Positions 28,237 to 37,557 of a stretch of DNA of 64,000 bases are shown piece after piece. Each line of letters opens with the position of its first letter. Positions within the stretch are counted from its first letter, which is position 1. Location: NCBI GenBank assembly GCA_963798085.1, contig CAWCRS010000004.1, forward strand, positions 32,001 to 96,000. The letters are read 5' to 3'. The notes under the pieces were generated by a model. That model ran no database searches and had not been told where the DNA came from. It saw only the letters and a list, made by a program, of their open reading frames with translations. The position numbers and the translations under genes were made by a program. This DNA comes from an uncultured Gemmatimonadales bacterium (GTDB lineage Bacteria > Gemmatimonadota > Gemmatimonadetes > Longimicrobiales > RSA9).

Positions 28237-30339
28237 ATGACCAGCGCCGGTTTCCACGAACGATATCAGGTTCTGCAGCAGGTGAGCGACGGACCCGTCC
28301 GCTCGTTTCACGCCATGGCCGCTACCGGCGCCGTCGTCATGGTGCACTTCGTCGCTGCAGGCGACGACACGCGGCATCGCATTCTCGGGCTGATCGACCG
28401 GCTCCGACCCGCCGAGCGAAAGCGCGTCGTCGAGACCGCAGACGTGGACCAGAGCTTCGTCATCGTCACCCGTTTCATTCTCGACTTCACCTCGCTCGAG
28501 GCCTGGCTGCTCGCGCATCAGGCGGACGCCTCGAGTACCGGTCCCTTCGCGGTCGCGCGTGAGCATACCGGGGGTCAGGCGACGACGCCGCCGCAGCGCC
28601 CGGTCCCGCCGCCGGCAATGTCGCTCCAGCCGCCGGGTCCGCCCATCGCGCGTCCACCGGCCGGCGCCACTTTCGCTCCACCGCCGCGGCCACTCACTCC
28701 GCCGCCCCTGCCGCCGGTCGCGCCGCTGCAGCCGGTGGCCAGCCGGCCGCCCGTGCCGCCGCCCGCGCCGCCCATGCCGCCACCGCCACCCCCGGCGCCC
28801 CCGGCGCCCCCGGCGCCGCCGGCCGGTAAGCCGCCGGGCGAATTCACCATGATGTTCGCGAACCCAAACCCGGCCGGGGCGCCGGCTTCCCCACCGCCAC
28901 CGGCCGCGGTTCCGCCCTCACCGCCGCCCTTCACGCCACCGCCGCCACCACCGCCAGCGCCTCCCGTGGCGAGCAAGCCGCCCGGCGATTTTACCATGAT
29001 GTTCGCGAAGCCCGAGGCTCCGGCGGGCCAGCCAGCCCCGGCAGGAATGATGCCCGCCCCGCTGCCACCGCCGCCGGCCCAGCCGCCACCGGCGCCGCCC
29101 GTGCAACCGCCGCCACCGCCACCACCTCCAGCGAAACAGCCCGGCGATTTCACGCTGATGTTCATGAAAGCGCCCGGCGAACTGACGGCAAACGCACCCG
29201 CCGTGCAGCCGCCGGCCGTGACGCCGCCAGCGCCTCCAGCGCCGCCCGCTCCGACTCAAGCGCCACCCGCGCTTCCGGCATCACCGCCGCCACCACCGGC
29301 GTTCGCGGCGCCGCAGCCACCGATCTTCGCGGCACCCGTACGGCCACCGCCGCCGCTGGCGCAGCCGCCGGCAGCCCCGCCGCCCATGCCGCCGCAGGCG
29401 CCACCTGTCTGGTCGCCGGCGACCCGGCCAATCTCGCCGCAGCCACCAATGGCGCAGCCGCCCGCACCGCCATCGGCGCCGGGTGACTTCACGCGCATTT
29501 TCCGCCACGAGAGCGGTCCGCCTCCCCCGGCCTCGCCCGGGATGCCCCCCGCAGGGGCTACGGGCAGCTTCGCGATTCCCGGTCCATTCGCGCCCCAGGC
29601 GGCGCCGCCGCCCGCGCCGCCGAGGCCGGCCTCGCCACCCCCTCCGCCAGCGCAACCCGCGGCGCCCGGCGAATTCACCCAGCTTTTCGCGGGGCCGGCG
29701 CAGCCGTCAGCAGCGCCGCCGCCACCACCGGCACCGCCCGGGCGCATGCCGGGAGCGACATCGCCGGGCAGCATCGGCCCGAGCGACAACTACCTCGACC
29801 GGCTCAGCTCACCGAGTTCGTTCAGTGCCGGCCCGACGCCGTCTTCCGCGGCCACGCCGCCTGCGCCGGGCGCCGCCAATCCGAAGGAACCGGGCGAGTT
29901 CACGAAGATGGTGCGGGGCGCCGGTGCTCAGCCCAGACCGCCGTCGACACGGCCGCCGACACCGGCGCTGACGCGGCCGCCTTTTGCGACGCCTCACATG
30001 CCCGGCATGACTCCGCCACCGCCTCCTCCCACGCCGCAGGGGCCGAGCGAATTCACGCGCATCGTGTCCGCCGCACACATGGCGCCGCCACCCGCGCCTG
30101 CGCCGCCGCCACCGCCACCACCTCCAAGGGTCGTGGCGGCGCCACCGCCCAACCCGAACCAGAAGCTGCTGATCATCGGGCTGATCGTGATTGCGGTTCT
30201 GGCGCTGGTGCTGATCCTGGTGTTCGCATTGCGCCCGCAGGCGTCGCCCGCGACCTCGCCGGGCAATGTGCCGGCGGCGGGCGCGCCGGCCGCTCCGGCG
30301 GGCAGCTCCTCGCCGGGGGCTGCGGGATCCGGCTCCTGA
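28237..30339 (+). CDS. Pro-rich membrane-anchored protein with N-terminal kinase-N-lobe-like domain and seven P(G/S)(E/D)FTxx(F/V) motifs, 700 aa
   Basis: Long ORF with GC-rich third codon positions; N-terminus 'ERYQVLQQVSDGPVRSFHA..VMVHFV'; repeats at 28834, 28981, 29140, 29479, 29665, 29890, 30043; TM LLIIGLIVIAVLALVLILVFAL. Confidence 0.8.
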   Translation: MTSAGFHERYQVLQQVSDGPVRSFHAMAATGAVVMVHFVAAGDDTRHRILGLIDRLRPAERKRVVETADVDQSFVIVTRFILDFTSLEAWLLAHQADASSTGPFAVAREHTGGQATTPPQRPVPPPAMSLQPPGPPIARPPAGATFAPPPRPLTPPPLPPVAPLQPVASRPPVPPPAPPMPPPPPPAPPAPPAPPAGKPPGEFTMMFANPNPAGAPASPPPPAAVPPSPPPFTPPPPPPPAPPVASKPPGDFTMMFAKPEAPAGQPAPAGMMPAPLPPPPAQPPPAPPVQPPPPPPPPAKQPGDFTLMFMKAPGELTANAPAVQPPAVTPPAPPAPPAPTQAPPALPASPPPPPAFAAPQPPIFAAPVRPPPPLAQPPAAPPPMPPQAPPVWSPATRPISPQPPMAQPPAPPSAPGDFTRIFRHESGPPPPASPGMPPAGATGSFAIPGPFAPQAAPPPAPPRPASPPPPPAQPAAPGEFTQLFAGPAQPSAAPPPPPAPPGRMPGATSPGSIGPSDNYLDRLSSPSSFSAGPTPSSAATPPAPGAANPKEPGEFTKMVRGAGAQPRPPSTRPPTPALTRPPFATPHMPGMTPPPPPPTPQGPSEFTRIVSAAHMAPPPAPAPPPPPPPPRVVAAPPPNPNQKLLIIGLIVIAVLALVLILVFALRPQASPATSPGNVPAAGAPAAPAGSSSPGAAGSGS

Positions 30340-30348
30340 ACGCTGCGC

Positions 30349-31704
30349 TCAGCGGGCGGGGGGCAGGAGGATGACCAGCTCGAGCCGTGGATTGGGCAGG
30401 TCGGACGGCACGTAGACCGCCAGATTTCTCGCCACCTTGATCGAGTCCCAGTCGCTGCCCGTCAGGTCCAGCGCGAAGTACTGATAGTCGAGGCGCACGG
30501 GCAGGGCGCTGGGTGGATTGGCTACGTAGCTGAGCGACAGGCCGGGCAGAGCCCGCTTGATCAGCCGGTCCAGCTGGTCCGCCGAGCTGACTTTCAGCAA
30601 CTGCGGCGCCTTGCGCGACAGTTCTTCCGGCTTCACATCCGCGGCCACGGCCAGGTACATCTGTGTCGACTTCAGGTAGCGCTCCTGATCGATGGCCGCG
30701 GCGTAGACGGCGGGTTCCGTCAGGCGCAGCGGCAGCGACGCATGGTTCGACGGCACCACGGTCTCGAGCAGCTCCCGCACCATGTCATCCAGCTGCGCGA
30801 AGCAGGTGGAGAGGTTGCTGTGGTCGTACTCCGGCAGCATGCGCGGGTGCACGGTGGTGGAGAAGGTGGTCAGCGCGCCCGCCAGCCCGAGCATTGCGCC
30901 GTACAGCTCGACGGGGTGACCGTGCCGGGTCTCGAAGAGATGGCGGAACTCCGGTAGCCACGTGTTCATCGTATAGAGCAGCCAGAAATTGGCGACATCG
31001 GACACGCCGAAGTCGGCCAGGCCGAGATTGCGCTGCCGGCGTGAGCCCGAGAGGCTGGTGCTGCGCGCCGAGAGCTGCTCGACGAGGCGGCGGGCATAGC
31101 CCATGAGGTGGTCGCTCGCGGCAATGTCGATCAGCGGCGGCACGAACACGGGGTCGAGCTGGAACACGCCCGCCACCGAACGTGTGATGCGCGCCAGCGG
31201 GATCGTGGAATTGCCTTCCAGCGTTTCGCCCTCGATCACGAGCCGGAGATTCTTGCGCGCCACCTGGATCGGCTTCTCGCCCTTGCCGGTGTTCTCGTCC
31301 CGGCGGTTCACGACTTCCGCTATGAAGCGCGTCTGCCGGTCCACCGCGTTGGTGGAGACGTTGTAGCCGCCGAAGCGCAGCTCGGGCACACCCAGCCACA
31401 CGTGCAGCGCATCGCGATCCGGATGCCAATGCTCCTCGATGGGCCGGGGCGCGGGCGACGGCTCCGAGCGCGGTACATCGAAAGGCAACCCATCGGGGAA
31501 GATCCCGGCCGCGTCCGTCACCGCCAGCTCGCCGCCCGCGAGCGCCTCGCGGTCGATCTCCAGGCGGGCGAAGCCCCACGGACAGAACGTCAGCGAGCCC
31601 AACTGGAAATGGAGCAGCGTCTCCAGAAACCGGTCCTGCGTCTGCAGGTGCTGCGGCGTGAGCAGCACGCCCTTGGTCCAGAGGACCTTCTGCATCTGGG
31701 TCAT
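30349..31704 (-). CDS. tssK: T6SS baseplate TssK (copy 1), 451 aa
   Basis: 'KVLWTKGVLLTPQHLQTQD', 'PWGF', 'DVANFWLL', 'HPVELY', 'ALPGL', 'YQYFAL'. Confidence 0.92.
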   Translation of the reverse strand: MTQMQKVLWTKGVLLTPQHLQTQDRFLETLLHFQLGSLTFCPWGFARLEIDREALAGGELAVTDAAGIFPDGLPFDVPRSEPSPAPRPIEEHWHPDRDALHVWLGVPELRFGGYNVSTNAVDRQTRFIAEVVNRRDENTGKGEKPIQVARKNLRLVIEGETLEGNSTIPLARITRSVAGVFQLDPVFVPPLIDIAASDHLMGYARRLVEQLSARSTSLSGSRRQRNLGLADFGVSDVANFWLLYTMNTWLPEFRHLFETRHGHPVELYGAMLGLAGALTTFSTTVHPRMLPEYDHSNLSTCFAQLDDMVRELLETVVPSNHASLPLRLTEPAVYAAAIDQERYLKSTQMYLAVAADVKPEELSRKAPQLLKVSSADQLDRLIKRALPGLSLSYVANPPSALPVRLDYQYFALDLTGSDWDSIKVARNLAVYVPSDLPNPRLELVILLPPAR

Positions 31705-31711
31705 TGCACGG

Positions 31712-32212
31712 ACTCGACTGCGCTGCTCGGGCTGGGGATCACGAACAACGAACGAACTGCGTTGCTGGCGCGGGTTGCCGGGGCTGGTTGCCGGGGAACG
31801 GCGACGGGTTCAACTGCGTTGCCGGGGCTGGTTGCCGGGGCTCTTTGCTCGGAAACCAATGCAGCCGCGCGAGCCCGTGCGCAGCGCGAGCCTTCGACAC
31901 GGAGCACGTCCGCCTCTTCCGCCCCGCTCGTGAGTCGCGGATTCCGCCACATCATTCTGCCGCCTTCCATGCCGCTACCGTTCATCGCCGGTCATTCACT
32001 TCCGCCGGTGGTTTCGATCTTCGGATGGTAACACCACATCGCGCCACTCGATTCGCTCATCGGTTCCCGAGCAACCAAGCCCGAGCAGCGCTGTTGATCC
32101 GTGATTCCGTTCCCGGGCAGCCAGCCCCAGCCACCAGCACGAGCAACGCCATTGATCCGTTGAATCCGTAAGCCCCAGCCCAAGCCCCAGCCCGAGCAAC
32201 GCAGCTGCAGTT
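31712..32212. repeat. Imperfect long inverted repeat (~145-bp arms, each built of about 3 degenerate GCGTTGCTCGGGCTGG units) around a ~200-bp core; MITE/BIME-like
   Basis: Left arm 31712-31857 (ctgcgctgctcgggctgggg...gctggttgccggggaacgg...tcggaaacc) aligns with the reverse complement of 32062-32212 (ctgcgttgctcgggctgggg...gctggctgcccgggaacgg...tcgggaacc). Confidence 0.7.
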
Positions 32213-32254
32213 CCAGACATGATCCCACGCGCTTCCGCGCACAGCAAGGGCCGC

Positions 32255-32284
32255 TTGACTTTCCCATCGTGCGGCGCGTAAGCT
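32255..32284 (+). promoter_or_regulatory. Candidate sigma70 promoter of the tssB operon
   Basis: TTGACT, 18 nt spacer, TAAGCT, about 110 nt upstream of the tssB ATG. Confidence 0.5.
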
Positions 32285-32395
32285 GCTGGTTCGGTGGCTG
32301 ACCCGGTGCCGCGCATCGGGCGCCGATGCAAATCGACCTCCTGCGCCAGCCCCGCACCTCCGAATCAACCACGACCGATCGACTGGAGCGTCCAC

Positions 32396-32920
32396 ATGCC
32401 GGAGAGTATCCACCGCAAACTGGAGCGCGTCCGTCCGCCGCGCGTACACATCAGTTACGAGGTCGAAACAGGCGGCGCCATCGAGATGAAAGAGCTGCCG
32501 TTCGTGATGGGTGTGCTCGGCGATTTCACCGGCCAGCCCACGGAGCCGCTCGCGAAATTGAAGGATCGCAAATTCGTCGAGGTCACGCCCGACAATTTCG
32601 ACGACGTGCTGAAGAGCATGAAGCCGCACCTCTCCTTCAAGGTCGACAATCTGCTTTCCGACGACCCCAACGCCGGCAAGATCGGCGCTGATCTGAAATT
32701 CGAGAGCCTCGACGACTTCTCGCCCGACCGCGTCGCACAGCAGGTCGAGCCGCTGCGCAAGCTGCTCGATCTGCGCCAGCAGCTGGCGGACCTGCGCGGC
32801 AGCCTGCAGGGAAATGACAAGCTCGAGGAAATCCTGCAAACCACGATCGGGGATGAGGAAAAGATGAATCGGCTGAAGGGCGAACTGGGAGCCGAAGGAG
32901 CGAGCGATGGCCAATCCTGA
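32396..32920 (+). CDS. tssB: T6SS sheath small subunit TssB (VipA), 174 aa
   Basis: 'RVRPPRVHISYEVETGGA..ELPFVMGVLGDF...DDFSPD..V..LRKLL'. Confidence 0.96.
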   Translation: MPESIHRKLERVRPPRVHISYEVETGGAIEMKELPFVMGVLGDFTGQPTEPLAKLKDRKFVEVTPDNFDDVLKSMKPHLSFKVDNLLSDDPNAGKIGADLKFESLDDFSPDRVAQQVEPLRKLLDLRQQLADLRGSLQGNDKLEEILQTTIGDEEKMNRLKGELGAEGASDGQS

Positions 32921-34388
32921 AGCACAGGCGGCCGGCCAGGCCGCGCAGACGACCGAGCTCGGGCTGCTCGACCAGATCGTCGAGCAGGGCCGCTTCGGCA
33001 AGGAGACCGCCGCCAAGGAGCGCGGCAAGGATCTGATCAAACGGTTCGTGTCGGAGGTGCTGGAAGGCACCATCAAGTATTCACCCGACACCGAGTCGAT
33101 GCTGAACGCGCGCATCGCGCAGATCGACCATCTGCTGTCCATCCAGCTCAACGAGATCATGCACCACCCCGAATTCCAGAAGCTCGAGGCGACGTGGCGT
33201 GGTCTCAAGTACCTGATCAATCAGAGCGAACTCAGCACCATGCTCAAGATCAAGGTGCTGAACGTCAACAAGAAGGATCTGCTGCGCGATCTGCAGCGCG
33301 CGCCCGAGTTCGATCAGAGCGCGCTGTTCAAGAAGGTCTACGAGGAAGAATTCGGTGTGTTCGGCGGCGCGCCCTTCGGTGCGCTGCTGGGCGACTTCGA
33401 GTTCGCTCGCTCGGGCCAGGACATCGAGCTGCTGGAGAAGATCTCGCAGGTTGCGGCCGCCGCCCACGCACCGTTCCTGACCGCCGCCGATGCGCAGATG
33501 TTCAATCTCGAGAACTACACGCAGCTGGACGCGCCGCGCGATCTGGCGAAGATCTTCGAGACCACGGAGTACGCCAAGTGGAAGGCGTTCCGCGAGAGCG
33601 AGGATTCGCGCTACGTCGCCCTCACCGTGCCGCGCATGCTGGTGCGCGAGCCGTACAGCAAGACCACGGTGCCGCTGGAGGCGTTCGACTACAACGAGCA
33701 CGTGGATGGCACGGAGCACGACAAGTACCTGTGGGGCAATGCGGCGTGGGCGCTGGGCGCACGCGTCACCAACGCCTTCTCCAAGTACGGCTGGTGCGCC
33801 ACCATTCGCGGTGTGGAGAGCGGCGGCCTCGTCGAGGGACTGCCCGTGCACAACTTCCGCACGGACTCCGGTGATGTGGCGATGAAGTGCCCCACCGAGA
33901 CGCCGATCACGGATCGTCGCGAGAAGGAGCTGGCCGACCTCGGCTTCGCACCGCTCGTGCACTGCAAGGGCACACCCAAGGCCGCGTTCTTCAGCGTGCA
34001 GTCCGCACAGAAGCCCAAGATCTACGACGCCGATGCGGCCACGGCCAACGCGCGCATCTCCGCGCAGCTGCCCTACATCTTCGCCGTGTCACGCTTCGCG
34101 CACTATCTCAAGGCGATGATGCGCGACAAGATCGGCGGTTACACATCGCGTACAGAAGTCGAGTCCTTCCTGAATCGCTGGGTGATGAACTACGTGGTCG
34201 GCAATGACGACGCTTCGCAGGAGGTGAAGGCCAAGCGTCCGTTGAAGGAAGCGAGAATCGACGTGATGGAAATCCCGGGCAAGCCCGGCGCGTACCGCGC
34301 GGTCGCATTCCTGCGCCCGCACTTCCAGCTCGATGAGCTGAATGTTTCCATGCGGCTCGTCGCTGAGTTGCCAGCCTCGGCAGCATGA
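32907..34388 (+). CDS. tssC: T6SS sheath large subunit TssC (VipB), 493 aa
   Basis: 'HHPEFQKLEATWRGL', 'YEEEFGVFGGAPFG', 'YLWGNA', 'SRFAHYLK..RDKIG', 'LRPHFQL'. Confidence 0.97.
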   Translation: MANPEAQAAGQAAQTTELGLLDQIVEQGRFGKETAAKERGKDLIKRFVSEVLEGTIKYSPDTESMLNARIAQIDHLLSIQLNEIMHHPEFQKLEATWRGLKYLINQSELSTMLKIKVLNVNKKDLLRDLQRAPEFDQSALFKKVYEEEFGVFGGAPFGALLGDFEFARSGQDIELLEKISQVAAAAHAPFLTAADAQMFNLENYTQLDAPRDLAKIFETTEYAKWKAFRESEDSRYVALTVPRMLVREPYSKTTVPLEAFDYNEHVDGTEHDKYLWGNAAWALGARVTNAFSKYGWCATIRGVESGGLVEGLPVHNFRTDSGDVAMKCPTETPITDRREKELADLGFAPLVHCKGTPKAAFFSVQSAQKPKIYDADAATANARISAQLPYIFAVSRFAHYLKAMMRDKIGGYTSRTEVESFLNRWVMNYVVGNDDASQEVKAKRPLKEARIDVMEIPGKPGAYRAVAFLRPHFQLDELNVSMRLVAELPASAA

Positions 34389-34419
34389 GCCACATTGCAG
34401 GGCTGAATGCGGCAAGGCC

Positions 34420-34442
34420 GGCGGAGTCCAGTGGATTCCGCC
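34420..34442 (+). other. GC-rich stem-loop between tssC and hcp (mRNA-stabilising hairpin or weak terminator)
   Basis: GGCGGAGTCC-agt-GGATTCCGCC, 10-bp stem with one G:U pair; no U-tract. Confidence 0.4.
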
Positions 34443-34540
34443 GTCCTTGTCCGGATCGAGTGATCTTTTCTCGCATTGTTTATGGACTCACGAAAGGGTC
34501 CGGCTGATCACCACGCAGTAACCACCCAAAGGAGGGTTCC

Positions 34541-35032
34541 GTGGCGTTCGATGCATTTATCAAACTCGATGGAGTCGACGGCGAATCGACGCGCAAGGAT
34601 TTCGAGAAGCAGATCGAGATCCTGAGCTTCAGCTGGGGCGCTTCCAATCCGGTCACGATCGGCTCCGCAGGTCCTGGCGGCGGCGCCGGCAAGGCCTCGC
34701 TGTCTTCGTTCAACTTCATGAAGATCTCCGATGCGGCCAGCCCGGTGATGTTCCAGTCGTGCTGCGCCGGCAAGCATTTCCCGACTGCCAAGGTGTCGCT
34801 GCGCAAGGCGGGCGGCCAGGCGATGGACTATCTGGTCTACGAGTTCGAGAACTGCTTCATCGACTCCGTGCAGTGGTCCGGCTCGAGCGGCGGCGATGAC
34901 CGTCCGATCGAATCGGTGAGCGTCACATTCGGCAAGGTCACGGTCACGTACACGCCGCAGGACGCCAAGGGCAATCCCGCGGGCAAGCCCGTGATCGGCA
35001 ACTGGGATGTCACGACCGTTTCCGACAAGTAG
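34541..35032 (+). CDS. hcp: T6SS tube protein Hcp (TssD), 163 aa
   Basis: AAGGAGG RBS; 'FIKLDGVDGES...IEILSFSWG...DAASP...GKHF...PIESVS..F'. Confidence 0.96.
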   Translation: MAFDAFIKLDGVDGESTRKDFEKQIEILSFSWGASNPVTIGSAGPGGGAGKASLSSFNFMKISDAASPVMFQSCCAGKHFPTAKVSLRKAGGQAMDYLVYEFENCFIDSVQWSGSSGGDDRPIESVSVTFGKVTVTYTPQDAKGNPAGKPVIGNWDVTTVSDK

Positions 35033-35050
35033 CACGACGAGGTCGACAAA

Positions 35051-35767
35051 TTGAAGGCTCGCGCCCTCTACGAAGCCGGTAAGCTCGACGAAGCCATTGA
35101 AGCATTGGGCGCCGAGCTGCGCAATGACCCGACCAACGTCCGCAGTCGTACGTTTCTGTTCGAGCTGCTCTGTTTTGCGGGGCAGTACGATCGTGCGCAG
35201 AAACAGCTCGACATCATTGCAGGTGCCAGCAAGGAAGCGGAAATGGGCGCCATGCTGTATCGCAGCGCCCTGCACGCGGAGCGGGTTCGCCAGGAGAAAT
35301 TCCAGGCGGGCCCGCTCGCGACGCACGCGGCGCCGCCGCCCGTCGCCGGCAAGCTGAACGGCAAGCCCTTCACATTGCTCACCGATGCGGATCCGCGCAT
35401 TGGTGCGCGCATCGAGGTATTCGCAGCGGGTCAGTACACGTGGCTGCCGCTGGAGCACATCACGCACGTGCACATGGAAGCGCCGACGCGTCTGCGTGAT
35501 CTGCTGTGGTCCCCGGCGCGCGTGCAGACGGGACCGGGATTCCCGGGCCTCGAGCTGGGCGAGATTCTGCTGCCCGTGCTCGCGCCCGGCTCGGCGCAGA
35601 GCAGCGACCCGGAAATCCGACTGGGGCGTGTGACCGACTGGCAGGAGCTGCCCGACGGCTCCGAGGTCCCCGTCGGTCAGAAGCTGCTGCTGGTTGATAA
35701 CGAGCTGTTTCCCATCCTGGAATTGCGCGACCTGGAGATCACTGCCCCGGCCGTCGTCGCAAACTGA
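35051..35767 (+). CDS. tagJ: T6SS accessory TagJ (ImpE/SciE family), 238 aa
   Basis: 'RTFLFELLCFAGQYDRA.KQL', 'DADPRIG..IE', 'YTWLP', 'LRDLLW.P', 'RLGRVTDW..GQKLL'. Confidence 0.9.
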   Translation: MKARALYEAGKLDEAIEALGAELRNDPTNVRSRTFLFELLCFAGQYDRAQKQLDIIAGASKEAEMGAMLYRSALHAERVRQEKFQAGPLATHAAPPPVAGKLNGKPFTLLTDADPRIGARIEVFAAGQYTWLPLEHITHVHMEAPTRLRDLLWSPARVQTGPGFPGLELGEILLPVLAPGSAQSSDPEIRLGRVTDWQELPDGSEVPVGQKLLLVDNELFPILELRDLEITAPAVVAN

Positions 35768-35775
35768 ATCCGCTG

Positions 35776-37557
35776 ATGGACCCGAGCGAGCTCCTCCAAC
35801 CCATTGCAGGGCCGGACCCCGGCGGCGCCAGCATCCGCTACGCGCCTGTCTATGACCAGATCAAGCTGGCGCGCACGGAAGAAGACGACGTGCCGCAGGG
35901 CGACTGGGTACGCGAGCGCAAGACCGCCGACTATCCGCTCGTCATCAAGCTCTCGACCAATGTACTGAAGAACCAGTCGAAGGACCTGCAGGTCGCGGCG
36001 TGGCTGACCGAAGCACTGACGCGGCGCGAAGGCTTCGCTGGACTGCGTGCCGGCGTAACGCTGCTGCACGGCCTGGTCGAGAAGTTCTGGGACAACCTGT
36101 ACCCCGAGCTGGAAGACGGCGACACGGAGCTGCGCGCCGCGCCGCTCGATTGGCTGGGCAGCTACCTCGAAACCACCGTGAAGTCGGTACCGCTGAATCG
36201 CGCGGGTCACGATTTCTTCGGCTACAAGCAGAGCCGGCTCGTGCCCTCGGACGAGGAAGCGAAGGCGGATCGCGACAAGCTGGCTGCCCGCCAGCAGGCG
36301 ATGTCCGATGGCAAGCTCACGCCGGAAGCATTCGAGGAGAGTTTCAGCGAGACGCCCAAGCCATTCTACAAGGCGCTCATCGCGGAACTGGACAACTCGA
36401 CCCGCGGCATCGAAACCCTGGGCAAGCTCGCCGACGAACGCTTCGGCGATGCATCGCCCAGCTTCAAGAAGCTGCGTGATGCGCTGCAGGAAGTCAGACA
36501 GGCGGCGGGACAGCTGCTGGCGACGAAGCTGATCCATGATCCGGACCCGCCCGAGCCGGAACCGTCCGTCATGGATGCCGGGGCTGATGCGGGCTCCAGT
36601 GCGGCCGGTGATGCGGGCGGGCTGCCGGTCATGCCGCGCAGTCCGGAGGATGCGGCAAGTCGCGTGGCGGCCGCGGCGAAGTTTCTGCGCTCGGTCGCAG
36701 CTACGAATCCCGCGCCCTATCTGATGCTGCGCGGGTTGCGCTGGGGCGAGATGCGGGCGCAGGGCGGCGTCGTCGAACCCATGATGCTCTCGGCTCCGCC
36801 CACGGATGTGCGGACGCGACTCAAGACGCTGCTGCTCAAGGCGCAGTGGCCGCAGCTGCTGGACAGTGCGGAAGACGTGATGGCGACAGTGTACGGGCGC
36901 GGCTGGCTCGACCTGCAGCGCTACGTGCTGACCGCGTGCCTCGAGCTGGGCAGCGAGTTCGAGAACGTGGCGAACGCGATTCGTGGCGCGCTGCGCTCGT
37001 ACCTGCGTGACCTGCCGCAGCTGCTGGACATGACCATGATCGATGATTCGCCCACCGCGAATGCGGAGACGCGCAACTGGCTGCGCGAGCAGGGCCTGGT
37101 GGGCGGCGCCGATGACGAGGTGGAGGTGGCAGCGCCGGTGGTCTCGGAGCGGCCGCGCTCACGGCGGGATCCGTTCGAGCAGGCGCAGGACCGCGTGCGC
37201 GCCGGGCATCCCGACCAGGCCATCGATCTGCTCATGCGCGAGGCTTCGATCGAGAAGAGTGAGCGCGCGCGTTTCCTGCGCCGCTCGCAGGCCGCGAGCA
37301 TCATGGTGGATGCCGGGCTCGAGGCGGTGGCCATGCCCCTGCTCCAGCAGATCTCCGAGCAGATCGACAAACACACCCTCGAAGAGTGGGAGTCCGGTGA
37401 GACGGTGGCGCAGGCGCTGGGCCTGCTGTACCGCTGCATGCTCAAGCTGGATGAGGATCAGCACACACGCGACTCGCTCTACCTGAGAGTCTGTCGCCTG
37501 GACCCGATGCAGGCGATCCGCTTCAAGCCCGCGAACAATGAGCAGCCGGGAACCTGA
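35776..37557 (+). CDS. tssA: T6SS TssA (ImpA N-terminal domain), 593 aa
   Basis: 'LLQPI.G..PGG..IRY', 'SKDLQVAAWL', 'G.AGL..G..LL..L...FWD.LYP', 'WLDLQRY', 'D.SPTA..ET..WL'. Confidence 0.9.
   Translation: MDPSELLQPIAGPDPGGASIRYAPVYDQIKLARTEEDDVPQGDWVRERKTADYPLVIKLSTNVLKNQSKDLQVAAWLTEALTRREGFAGLRAGVTLLHGLVEKFWDNLYPELEDGDTELRAAPLDWLGSYLETTVKSVPLNRAGHDFFGYKQSRLVPSDEEAKADRDKLAARQQAMSDGKLTPEAFEESFSETPKPFYKALIAELDNSTRGIETLGKLADERFGDASPSFKKLRDALQEVRQAAGQLLATKLIHDPDPPEPEPSVMDAGADAGSSAAGDAGGLPVMPRSPEDAASRVAAAAKFLRSVAATNPAPYLMLRGLRWGEMRAQGGVVEPMMLSAPPTDVRTRLKTLLLKAQWPQLLDSAEDVMATVYGRGWLDLQRYVLTACLELGSEFENVANAIRGALRSYLRDLPQLLDMTMIDDSPTANAETRNWLREQGLVGGADDEVEVAAPVVSERPRSRRDPFEQAQDRVRAGHPDQAIDLLMREASIEKSERARFLRRSQAASIMVDAGLEAVAMPLLQQISEQIDKHTLEEWESGETVAQALGLLYRCMLKLDEDQHTRDSLYLRVCRLDPMQAIRFKPANNEQPGT

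Noticed and set aside
28600..30150. Dense CCG-rich repeats as a possible CRISPR array or VNTR
   Set aside because: These are poly-Pro codons inside a CDS. The repeated units vary at synonymous sites, spacing is irregular and there are no cas genes.
31701..32372. Small ORFs in the tssK-tssB intergenic region
   Set aside because: Translations of the inverted repeat arms; atypical codon usage and no motifs.
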